Source of the DNA: a virus
DNA length: 14,426 nucleotides
Virus genome (UHGV): UHGV-0061697
Direction: 5' to 3' (one strand)
Shown here: positions 7,101-13,505 of the stretch, in pieces
Layout of the letters: each line of letters begins with the position of its first letter
Position numbering within the stretch: position 1 is the first letter of the stretch
The notes under the pieces: generated by a model
Seen by the model: the letters and a program-made list of their open reading frames with translations, nothing else
Database searches by the model: none
Told to the model about the DNA's origin: nothing
Position numbers and translations under genes: made by a program

Positions 7101-8098
7101 TTCCGGTCATTATCCAGTGCGCAGGTGATTTTTGCCGCCGGGTACATGTTTACCAGTTGTTCCACAACATGAACCATGTTGTTAGCGGATACAGCGACAA
7201 CCACAGCGTCAAAGCGTTTATCTTTTTTCGTGGCAAGCCAGATGGATGCACCAGTAGCAAAACCTTCTGTAACAGCGATGTTTTGCGCCCCTTTCAGCTC
7301 ACCGATAACAAAGCAGGCACCGACGAAATCGCCGCTGGTTACTGCGCTGGTCTGGTATTTCCCACCTTGTTTGTCGATTCGCTGCCAACCCACAATACGA
7401 CCATCATAACGACCGTCCAGGTGAGCCAGAGGGATAGCCATATATGTGGTTGGCCCCCGGCTCCATTTCGCACTGTCGTGACTGGTCACGCGACGCACAT
7501 CACATGAACTAAAAACGTCACGAATACCTTTTTTAATCGCATATGGCCATGAGCCGTCTTCAGCCTGAGCATGTTCCCACGCGCTGTGGAATGCCAGCCA
7601 TCCCAGCAAACGTTCATGGTCCATTTGGTTGTTTTTCAGGTCATTAATTCGTTTTTGTTCTTCACGGCGACGACGTGCTTCGGCCTGACGTTCTATTCTT
7701 TCCCGTTCTTCTTCCGGTTGTGCGACCACGGTCGCATTATTCCGTTGTTGCTCACGGCGATATTCAGAAAACAGGAAGGAGAAACCGCTCCATGAGCCAG
7801 CATCGCTGCCTTTATGGACGAAGTTAATGAACGGGTAATCAATCCCTTTGCTGTGTTCCAGCCTGGAGTAAATTTCTACGCGTCCTTTCAGGCTCTTTTC
7901 GAGAGCTTCTGGAGATGTTTTATTGTATGAAGAGTAACGCTCAACCCCCCCGCGAGGGTTGAGTTGGATGTTGTCGGAACAGGCAGGCCAGTTGATACCA
8001 GCCATCTGTGCCAGCTCGGTTAGTTCATCCCGTGCTGCTTCAATTAGCGAGAACGGATCGCTGCCAAAGCGATCCGCATAGAAATCGTTTAATGTCAT
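4103..8098 (-). CDS. repA: Replication protein RepA (multidomain primase-helicase, P4 alpha / N15 RepA family), 1331 aa
   Basis: Single 1331-aa ORF; N15 RepA is about 1320 aa. Walker A motif GMGSGKST is present (RAGMGSGKSTGLL). Position between the immA-like operon and cB matches N15 organisation. Recognition is from memory, not search. Confidence 0.88.
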   Translation of the reverse strand: MTLNDFYADRFGSDPFSLIEAARDELTELAQMAGINWPACSDNIQLNPRGGVERYSSYNKTSPEALEKSLKGRVEIYSRLEHSKGIDYPFINFVHKGSDAGSWSGFSFLFSEYRREQQRNNATVVAQPEEERERIERQAEARRRREEQKRINDLKNNQMDHERLLGWLAFHSAWEHAQAEDGSWPYAIKKGIRDVFSSCDVRRVTSHDSAKWSRGPTTYMAIPLAHLDGRYDGRIVGWQRIDKQGGKYQTSAVTSGDFVGACFVIGELKGAQNIAVTEGFATGASIWLATKKDKRFDAVVVAVSANNMVHVVEQLVNMYPAAKITCALDNDRKSATEGKGNTGLRTGYEILSKFNDVRCVYPTFEDDPQMECSDFNDLHKLRGLRETARQLFATANRLKTGTDLLSLTLNRLKTIKRDNRRTFAKELLRAVDIGMLTCPVPNSPSDLFNMFCIVLREMGLENIYRATVKDHIARRLNKKCRIAQAPRSFSERITDPNKRPQHITYKRFETSVMTDDVLKYVQSLQGIVIVRAGMGSGKSTGLLRPLMHSSERGISVAHRVSLIGGLWEMMTEGKGVKADILHYQDPGYQEMAPYASKLTICINSIVKNCWQPLMRQHDYFGFDEATQGLRAVLSGRAMENPVAVFNTLIDALARTEQHPIMVDADANDLLVDLAELAMKRREELGLPAWLQIHVIELPVDVRNRETGEPIRVFYTEKDRIMTEVVKAVSDGEKIMLATDSSTFAEDVTATLRMHFPGKKFLCVNQKNKPEPEVEAFTNQPKKMVKKYDGLIYSPSISSGVSIEQKHFDRHFGMFCGEVVPSDAVQMLRRDRTAKEFIIGFDKARAKRETDPQKIERAFAQALLATAGMNGELTDVVFDGDRISMGVANTDFTRMKIKAAAIEATARNDYASNMICIMHSDGYKVSPLATDYAANDIGKDLRKEARDIVWEQTLDLHLNTETPQESEREELLKKRALTLEEQAKLVRWDIENELKLPVEEGTLKFYFDGARDKVRRYETMLLDEVTARRYDREEAAINFTYAYRQAGQWQYFVVTAMTREQADDVFKTKFPGIIDHKVKATPTVEVGARGFYALKSATLRQYFIDCGINPETMTGEATQERLKFARDNLMTAERRDLLNNVLHIGGFMTPKGKPKVPEALFKNICDSLGLKTGKRRGRDGDKRPTLRFVEPESAAFMLDILVQRQKDGLTLKTRKAEKTAIEMDRDLDLNIYMDDKTRSTNEQVQNAPHSVISEALAVLPVAVPESWAMSALSSEELATMSSWSSASIAMTFASLYLTEFMDHLSSNELRRLREYITGNSSCSYEEQGAFYG
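4384..4434. other. Candidate internal replication-origin element inside the 3' end of repA: 9-bp inverted repeat TGGATCGCG / CGCGATCCA around an AT-rich spacer with (AT)5 and three GATC sites
   Basis: Read directly: tggatcgcg (4384-4392) and cgcgatcca (4426-4434) flank ttttatcatccatatatatattgagatccaaat. N15-type replicons are reported to carry ori within the 3' part of repA (established knowledge). The function here is inferred. Confidence 0.3.
7477..7490. repeat. 14-bp palindromic motif CGTGACTGGTCACG (copy 2 of 3), inside the repA coding sequence
   Basis: Exact 14-mer identical to 13483-13496 and reverse complement of 2797-2810. Confidence 0.5.
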
Positions 8099-8221
8099 TT
8101 TTTAGCCATTCCATGCGAATTATGTTTTTTCGGGTTGAAAAAATCCGCAGGAGCAGCCACAATAAACGCATCTTGAATTGACGGAATCCGTCGCGTTACT
8201 GTGGCTGCTTCCTGAAAAGGA

Positions 8222-8249
8222 CCCGAGTTTGCCGACTCGGGTTTTTTTT
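8222..8249. terminator. Intrinsic-terminator-like hairpin between cB and repA (stem CCCGAGT/ACTCGGG, 6-nt loop, T8 on plus strand; A-run and UCCUUUU on minus strand)
   Basis: Stem 8222-8228 / 8235-8241 and T-run 8242-8249 read directly. Canonical on the plus strand, weaker in the minus (cB to repA) direction. Possibly bidirectional or an attenuator of read-through into repA. Confidence 0.45.
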
Positions 8250-8343
8250 CGTCTTTTTTCTGCTGCTGTAACCTGAGTCAACCCACAGAACATATGCCCT
8301 GCATTAAACCAGATTTACAGCAAACAATAAACCCCGTATTAAG

Positions 8344-8940
8344 TCATCTACCCTCAACCATGAATGATTTGATCGTTCCGACTATTTGGTGAACAAATTC
8401 AAGATCGCTTTTCCTGAAGATGGCGCGTTGTGAGTTTGTTCCATCCAGATAGTAATTTTCATCATCAAAACGGGCCAGGCGCTGGATAGTGATATTTCCT
8501 GCAGTATCACGAACCAGAACATCCTCGCCGGGGACCAGTTCCAGCGCAGAATCGACCAGGAGAAAATCGCCTGGCTGATAGTTTCCCTGCGTAAGATTGC
8601 TGATAGTTAACGCATACACAGTATTGCGCTGGCTGATGAATGGCAGGAATCGCTCAGTATTTGGAACCTGTCCCGGCTTCCACTCTTCATCCGGCCCACT
8701 TTCAGTTGTGCCAATAACAGGAATGCGATCAGGGTCATATTCTGTCCCATATAGCACCCAATGCACTGGCTTGCGTAAGCACTTAGCCAGGGCAATACCT
8801 ATCTCCAGTGACGGCATTACGTCGCCACGTTCTAAGTTTTGGACGCCTGCTATAGAGATATCGACAGCCTCAGCAACTTCTCGCAACGTCAGCTTCATCT
8901 CTAAACGGCGTGCTTTCAGTCGTTCGCCTCGTGTTTTCAT
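8344..8940 (-). CDS. cB: Prophage repressor CB (N-terminal HTH, C-terminal LexA/CI-like S24 fold), 198 aa
   Basis: ORF from track. N-terminal HTH LTLREVAEAVDISIAGVQNLERG; C-terminal GDFLLVD...GEDVLVRD...ITIQRL pattern typical of the S24-like domain. Divergent from a cro-like gene across an operator-bearing intergenic region. Confidence 0.85.
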   Translation of the reverse strand: MKTRGERLKARRLEMKLTLREVAEAVDISIAGVQNLERGDVMPSLEIGIALAKCLRKPVHWVLYGTEYDPDRIPVIGTTESGPDEEWKPGQVPNTERFLPFISQRNTVYALTISNLTQGNYQPGDFLLVDSALELVPGEDVLVRDTAGNITIQRLARFDDENYYLDGTNSQRAIFRKSDLEFVHQIVGTIKSFMVEGR

Positions 8941-8962
8941 ACTGTAATCATAAATGATCTTC

Positions 8963-9004
8963 TTATAGCTGGCTATAAAATTTATTTATTATAGCTAGCT
9001 TTAA
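8963..9004. promoter_or_regulatory. Two operator-like palindromes in the cB-cro intergenic region: TTATAGC-TG-GCTATAA (8963-8978) and TTATAGC-TA-GCTTTAA (8989-9004), centres 26 bp apart
   Basis: Inverted repeats read directly. Location between divergent repressor and cro genes is the classical place for repressor operators. A third palindrome ATCATAAATGAT (8947-8958) lies next to the cB start. Confidence 0.5.
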
Positions 9005-9031
9005 TTGTTGTTTATTGTTTATAATAACAAC

Positions 9032-9253
9032 ATGAAACCAGAAGAACTTATTCGCCATTTTGGCAGTGTAGAAAAAGCAGCGGCAGGGGTAGGTGTAACA
9101 CCCGGAGCTGTTTACCAATGGTTAACCGCTGGAGAGATTCCTTCATTGCGGCAAAGCGATATTGAAGTTCGTACTGCTTACAAGCTGAAGAGTGACTTTA
9201 CAACTCGGCGGGTAAAGCAGTCGATTAAGGAGAGTCGTAAGCGTGGAGCTTGA
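9032..9253 (+). CDS. cro: Cro-like HTH regulator (73 aa)
   Basis: Internal ATG of track ORF 9005..9253 (the track start is TTG). MKPEELIRHFGSVEKAAAGVGVTPGAVYQWL is a Cro/CI-type HTH. TATAAT at 9020-9025 sits 6 nt before the ATG, with no Shine-Dalgarno, which suggests a leaderless mRNA. Confidence 0.7.
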   Translation: MKPEELIRHFGSVEKAAAGVGVTPGAVYQWLTAGEIPSLRQSDIEVRTAYKLKSDFTTRRVKQSIKESRKRGA

Positions 9254-9938
9254 ATATATACGCAGCTGCGTCTCTACGGCATTGGCTGATGTTCATTATC
9301 GCCAGCGTGGCATTCTGGAGGTCCAGCTTGAGCAGATGCGTCTCGGTAGATCAGGACGGTTTAACAATAAACCAGTCCGGTCAATCAGTGTGGGGGATGA
9401 TAACTCATACGAAGTGTCCGTTCCTGCTGAGCCGGTTAGATTCCATCAGGGGAAAACATTTAAACAATCATCAATGTTGCTCACTGATATTGATTTTCAG
9501 AGCGCCAGCTGGCGCAGGGCTATTGGTCAGTTGAATAACGAGGAATCAGCCTGGCTTTATTATTGCTACGGATGCAAGCCTGATTACAACAATGATGTGA
9601 TTGTTTGTCAGTGGTTATGGCTTCATTCGGGGGGCGGCTTTAAAAAAATGAAGGCCTCCACGAAAAAAGCCATGCGGAAATTGATTTATTACGCGGCACA
9701 ACAGGTTAAATCAGAACTTACGTGTGCTGAGGCAGTTGATGAGAGAGAACAGGACAGGCATCTGAGTTTTCTACTGAATATATCTATTGATAGCTGGAGA
9801 CAAGATTATAAAGAACGCTGGCTTTTAATTAAGTCGCGATGTCTGAGCTTAAATCGAACTGCATTATTAAATGCGGCGGAGAAGCGCAGTGAAATCATCA
9901 AACGCCATCGGGCAGGAAGTGCCATTCTGCCTTTGTAA
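9243..9938 (+). CDS. Putative Q-like late antiterminator (231 aa); assignment positional
   Basis: ORF from track with GTG start and AAGGAG 10 nt upstream. It follows cro as Q does in the N15 immB region (cB, cro, Q). I cannot confirm family membership from sequence alone. Confidence 0.4.
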   Translation: MELEYIRSCVSTALADVHYRQRGILEVQLEQMRLGRSGRFNNKPVRSISVGDDNSYEVSVPAEPVRFHQGKTFKQSSMLLTDIDFQSASWRRAIGQLNNEESAWLYYCYGCKPDYNNDVIVCQWLWLHSGGGFKKMKASTKKAMRKLIYYAAQQVKSELTCAEAVDEREQDRHLSFLLNISIDSWRQDYKERWLLIKSRCLSLNRTALLNAAEKRSEIIKRHRAGSAILPL

Positions 9939-9945
9939 ACAAGTT

Positions 9946-10191
9946 ATGTTCAGGAAACCGTCGAAGCCAGAATTAAGGTATTCGGGGGTAAGAAATGAAT
10001 ATGTTATCTGGTGTCCAACTTGTGGTTACAGGACACGACCAGATAGTAATAAGCAGTCTGTAATTGCCGATTGGTATTTATCAAATCAGCCAGGTAATAA
10101 GCATATAGAAAATCTTTGGATTAAGCGTTACTTGGAAATCAGAGAGGGTGCGACCGTGGTCGCACAAGAAAATGAAAATAACGCCATTTAA
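9946..10191 (+). CDS. Small protein with a single CPxCG zinc-ribbon-like motif (81 aa); weak resemblance to Lar-type restriction alleviation proteins
   Basis: Internal ATG of track ORF 9871..10191, chosen because it starts just after the Q-like stop. Motif VIWCPTCGY...ADWYLSNQ. Only one CxxC pair, so the Lar assignment is tentative. Confidence 0.4.
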   Translation: MFRKPSKPELRYSGVRNEYVIWCPTCGYRTRPDSNKQSVIADWYLSNQPGNKHIENLWIKRYLEIREGATVVAQENENNAI

Positions 10192-10375
10192 GCAGGGGCC
10201 GATGACGCATGATGAAGCAGAGCGTCTTTCAGATACTTATCGGCGGCGTGGTAAGAAAGTTCTGGTTGTTCGTTCTGATTTTTTAGGTGATGGATATTGT
10301 GTTTATGTTCATTTACCTGAATCAGAAAGAACGCCAAAACCATCCAGAACATATCAACAGAAAATTTGGGTATAG
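10148..10375 (+). CDS. Hypothetical small protein (start uncertain: GTG 10148, ATG 10172 or ATG 10205)
   Basis: ORF from track; overlaps the previous gene in another frame; no clear RBS for any of the three starts. Confidence 0.3.
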   Translation: MRPWSHKKMKITPFKQGPMTHDEAERLSDTYRRRGKKVLVVRSDFLGDGYCVYVHLPESERTPKPSRTYQQKIWV

Positions 10376-10398
10376 ATAAACGTTGAGGAGAATTATTC

Positions 10399-10998
10399 GT
10401 GACTAATCAGATTATTTACGACAGGAAACGGTCTGATGTAATGATTGACCTTGAAACAATGGGTACTAACACATGTGCTCCAATTGTTTCTATCGGGGCA
10501 GTGTTTTTTTCTCCAGAAAGTGAGGAATTAGGTCCTACTTTTTATGTGCCAGTGAATCTCAGAAGCTCGATGTTGAATGGTGGTATCGCCGATGGTGATA
10601 CCATTTTATGGTGGTTGAAACAGAGCAAGGAAGCCAGAGCCGCTATTTGTACTAATGATGCCCTTGATATTAAGGATGCACTTTTTGAATTATCACACTT
10701 TATTACTTGCCATGCATGTAATTTAAAAAAGTTGAAAGTATGGGGAAATGGAGCAACGTTCGATAATGTAATTTTACGCGGTGCTTATGAGCGCGTTGGC
10801 TTAGCCTGTCCGTGGGAATATTTTAATGATCAGGATGTTCGAACAATCGTTAATCTTGGTCAGTTTATTGGTTTTAATCCTAAAAAAGATATGCCATTTG
10901 ATGGCGAACGACACAATGCCCTGGCTGATGCTATTCATCAGGCTAAATATGTATCCGCAATTTTCTCCCGTCTTGTAAAAGGGCAAGGAGAATCGTAA
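10399..10998 (+). CDS. DEDDh-family 3'-5' exonuclease (DnaQ/RNase T-like fold), 199 aa
   Basis: Exo motifs read from the translation: MIDLETMG (exo I, D/E), WGNGATFD (exo II), HNALADAIHQAKY (exo III, H and D). GTG start with GAGGAG 8 nt upstream. Confidence 0.75.
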   Translation: MTNQIIYDRKRSDVMIDLETMGTNTCAPIVSIGAVFFSPESEELGPTFYVPVNLRSSMLNGGIADGDTILWWLKQSKEARAAICTNDALDIKDALFELSHFITCHACNLKKLKVWGNGATFDNVILRGAYERVGLACPWEYFNDQDVRTIVNLGQFIGFNPKKDMPFDGERHNALADAIHQAKYVSAIFSRLVKGQGES

Positions 10999-11417
10999 TG
11001 GCAAAGGCTTTTACACCAGAACAGAGGGAAGAACTGAATAAACAAATTGTGGAACTCGTGCGCCTGAATGGACGAGGAACGGTTAGGCAACTTGCGGATG
11101 AAACTGGTATTAGCCGGTGTGCTGTTAGTCGTTTATCAAGAGAGCTTGCTGCCAGTGGTGATTTGTATATCTCTGGCTCCGGGATATTTCTGTCTGCACA
11201 AGCACGCAAGGACTGGCAAAACGCCCGTAAAAAACTATCAAGAGTAAAGCCGAAGAAATCGGTAGTGGTTGATCCAGACCTTATCTGGTCATTACCTGAC
11301 GGAGAAATACGTCGTTACGACAGGCGCTTGAACATGATTTGTCACGATTGCCGGAAAAGTGAAGTTATGCAGCGTGTGCTGGCTTTTTATCAGGGAAATT
11401 TACAGGAGGTGGCGTAG
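10998..11417 (+). CDS. Hypothetical protein with probable helix-turn-helix (139 aa)
   Basis: ORF from track; HTH-like segment TVRQLADETGISRCAVSRLSRELA. Start overlaps the previous stop (TAATG) with AAGGAG upstream. Confidence 0.55.
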   Translation: MAKAFTPEQREELNKQIVELVRLNGRGTVRQLADETGISRCAVSRLSRELAASGDLYISGSGIFLSAQARKDWQNARKKLSRVKPKKSVVVDPDLIWSLPDGEIRRYDRRLNMICHDCRKSEVMQRVLAFYQGNLQEVA

Positions 11418-11707
11418 TGAATATCGACACCACGATAACGATCGATACGGCCCTAAATATCGGTCTGGCACTTCTCGGTTGGTTTTACATCATGTCCCGT
11501 GCATGGCGATGGCTTGGTTCCATTTTTCTAAAACAGTGGAAAAAACGGCGCAAACAGGAGAGACGCCAGAAAGCGTTAGAGGCGTTCTATGACGCATTTG
11601 AACTTAGCCGCATTGAGCCTGGCACAACAGCCAGGATAGCGACAAAAGGCGACCTGATGATAGTGATGTTCCGACAGGAGAGAGCAGAGAAAGGGGAATC
11701 AGCATGA
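11417..11707 (+). CDS. Small membrane protein (96 aa; one N-terminal TM helix then a highly basic segment)
   Basis: ORF from track; GTG start overlapping the upstream stop (TAGTG) with GGAGGTGG upstream. TM segment ALNIGLALLGWFYIM followed by KQWKKRRKQERRQK. Confidence 0.45.
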   Translation: MNIDTTITIDTALNIGLALLGWFYIMSRAWRWLGSIFLKQWKKRRKQERRQKALEAFYDAFELSRIEPGTTARIATKGDLMIVMFRQERAEKGESA

Positions 11708-12438
11708 AATTTTCCAAATTTTCTGAGTTGGTGAATCGTATTTTGTCCAACAACCACAGCCATCGTCGCGATATGGATGTAACAATCGTTATTCATTCGC
11801 CTGGCAGCATTGGTTCAACACCCTCAGTTGAGGTTCAGTCAATTCACGCTGGTTTTGATTGGGATTCCGGGAAAGTGCTGATTTTCCCAGCACAGCCACT
11901 GACCACGCTAACACCAGAACAGATTACTGATATTACTGATAGTGTGCGCAAAGGTCAGTCCTGGCACGCATATCAGGAATACAAGAAGCATAAAGAGCAG
12001 TTGGAAAAATTGTCGATTGAACTGGATGCTGCAAAACAGCGCGTAGCAGAACTGGAAGCCAAACCTGTAAGCCAAACTTACAAGTTAACTTTTGAGCAAT
12101 GGCTGGAACAGCAGCATGACAAAATTGATGTTGATTGTGGATGTGTAAGTACTGAAATGTTTATGCACTGGATAAGGGTCGCGTATGAGGCTGGCAACTA
12201 TCCGGTAACTCCGGATGGTTGGATAAGCTGTAGTGAGCGAATGCCTGAAAAGGGCGAGAACGTGCTTATTTCGGTGAATTTCGATAGCTCTCTGGTTGAA
12301 CCGCTAATATGCTCCGCACGCTATACCGGAAGCACCTTTCGGAGAGGAGATGCAACGATTAAGCCGGGTAATGGTATTGAGCAAGCAACTCACTGGATGC
12401 CGCTACCAGAACCTCCGCAGGAGTCGAAGAGTGAATAA
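11704..12438 (+). CDS. Hypothetical protein with C-terminal DUF551-like domain (244 aa)
   Basis: ORF from track. The C-terminal segment PVTPDGWISCSERMPEKGENVLISV...ATHWMPLPEPP resembles the small phage DUF551 domain as I remember it. ATGA overlap with the upstream gene. Confidence 0.55.
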   Translation: MKFSKFSELVNRILSNNHSHRRDMDVTIVIHSPGSIGSTPSVEVQSIHAGFDWDSGKVLIFPAQPLTTLTPEQITDITDSVRKGQSWHAYQEYKKHKEQLEKLSIELDAAKQRVAELEAKPVSQTYKLTFEQWLEQQHDKIDVDCGCVSTEMFMHWIRVAYEAGNYPVTPDGWISCSERMPEKGENVLISVNFDSSLVEPLICSARYTGSTFRRGDATIKPGNGIEQATHWMPLPEPPQESKSE

Positions 12439-12652
12439 AGCAGAGTTATTTCAGAAAATATCGGCTCTCGCGACTGAATGCCACGCTATAGCATCTGAGC
12501 TTGATGTTGGCGATGAACGAACCGAGATGTTCGAAATATACAGTGTGCTGCGCAATCTCTGTCGGCGTGGCTACGCCACTCAAGTAGGGCGAATGACTAA
12601 CCCACTACTCTCATCCTGTGATGAGGATGACTCGGATGAGGATGACGAATGA
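12431..12652 (+). CDS. Hypothetical small protein with acidic C-terminus (about 73 aa)
   Basis: Track ORF 12350..12652 trimmed to the GTG at 12431, which has AGGAG 7 nt upstream; the longer version overlaps the DUF551 gene extensively. C-terminus DEDDSDEDDE. Confidence 0.4.
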   Translation: MNKAELFQKISALATECHAIASELDVGDERTEMFEIYSVLRNLCRRGYATQVGRMTNPLLSSCDEDDSDEDDE

Positions 12653-13179
12653 TGCATAAAGCAGTAGCCGGTGAGTTTCAGAAGGAAGTCGATAATACTA
12701 CCGTTCTATTGGACGATATTTTAAGCATTCTCGCGTTGCTTGAGGCTGGCGATTGGTCAGAACATTGCACTAAAACAGAGCTAGGCGGTCGGCTTGAAAG
12801 AGAGATTACACGACTTATTGGTGATGCGCAGGAAGCCACTGTCACTGGCTATGAGTTAATCGCTGAAGCCTGGCGTTTGATGGATGGACAAGACCCTAAA
12901 ACCAGCGATTGGCATAGCAAGGCTTCGAAGTATTTAAATTCCAATATTGTAGAAAAAGTTGATGATGACCGTATTGAGGCCGTTAAGGCTGTGTTGCGTA
13001 GGCTGGCTGGCAACTCTCCGGTAACTCCGGATGGTCATGTTCAGTTTTCTGTTTCACTTCCTGCAGCGTTTGGTGGAGATAAATATTTTATTGATGGTGT
13101 ATTTCAACCTTTGAGATATGAGCGTGACTGTGAAAGGGCGGTTGTGGCCGCTGGCGGTGTAGTTAATTGGGTTAAGTAA
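12649..13179 (+). CDS. Hypothetical protein (176 aa) sharing a 30-nt GN-x-PVTPDG segment with the DUF551-like gene
   Basis: ORF from track; ATGA overlap with the upstream gene. Confidence 0.5.
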   Translation: MMHKAVAGEFQKEVDNTTVLLDDILSILALLEAGDWSEHCTKTELGGRLEREITRLIGDAQEATVTGYELIAEAWRLMDGQDPKTSDWHSKASKYLNSNIVEKVDDDRIEAVKAVLRRLAGNSPVTPDGHVQFSVSLPAAFGGDKYFIDGVFQPLRYERDCERAVVAAGGVVNWVK

Positions 13180-13262
13180 TTTTCAGGAGGATTTATGGCG
13201 CTGACACCGGCAGAACGGCAAAGGAGACGCAGGACTGGATTCTAGAACCTGACGAGTTACGT

Positions 13263-13487
13263 ATGTTGGGGGAAATTTGTGTATTGCGTAGACCAGGGCG
13301 AGTTCCATATTCGGAGAACGAAGTCATTGGTTTGCTGATCAGGAAAAACTATAAGGAGCTGCAGAAGCAGCTATCTACTACTTGCCCGCGATGTGGTCAA
13401 AAAATGCCTGTTTCAGAATGCATTTTTGATGGCGAAGGGTCATGCCACCTTACAACCACGAGGCTGAAACTTGCGCTCAAAGCGTGA
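13263..13487 (+). CDS. Hypothetical small Cys-containing protein (74 aa; CPRCG...C...CH); possibly the 3' part of a disrupted gene
   Basis: ORF from track. No Shine-Dalgarno before the ATG, whereas a strong AGGAGG precedes a 16-codon ORF (13195-13245) in another frame just upstream. Confidence 0.35.
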   Translation: MLGEICVLRRPGRVPYSENEVIGLLIRKNYKELQKQLSTTCPRCGQKMPVSECIFDGEGSCHLTTTRLKLALKA

Positions 13488-13496
13488 CTGGTCACG
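13483..13496. repeat. 14-bp palindromic motif CGTGACTGGTCACG (copy 3 of 3), spanning the stop of the 74-aa ORF and abutting the RBS of the next gene
   Basis: Exact 14-mer read directly. Confidence 0.5.
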
Positions 13497-13505
13497 GAGG
13501 GATAA

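Noticed and set aside
5044-7795. Numerous 60-116 aa plus-strand ORFs in the track inside the repA locus
   Set aside because: They lie antisense to a long, well-supported ORF (repA), have low-complexity Ser/Arg-rich translations typical of shadow frames, and have no RBS.
8597-8947. ORFs 8597..8947 (+) and 8607..8795 (-) in the track
   Set aside because: Both lie within the cB repressor gene in other frames or on the opposite strand; shadow ORFs.
9250-9534. ORF 9250..9534 (+), 94 aa
   Set aside because: Alternative frame inside the Q-like gene; no RBS.
9871-10191. Firm assignment of the Zn-ribbon protein as Lar (restriction alleviation)
   Set aside because: Only one CxxC pair is present whereas Lar-type proteins normally have a full four-Cys zinc ribbon; kept as a hypothetical with a weak note.
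10801-11796. Minus-strand and alternative-frame ORFs inside the exonuclease-to-DUF551 operon (10801..11004, 10943..11209, 11359..11592, 11587..11796)
   Set aside because: Antisense or out-of-frame to tightly coupled plus-strand genes with good RBSs.
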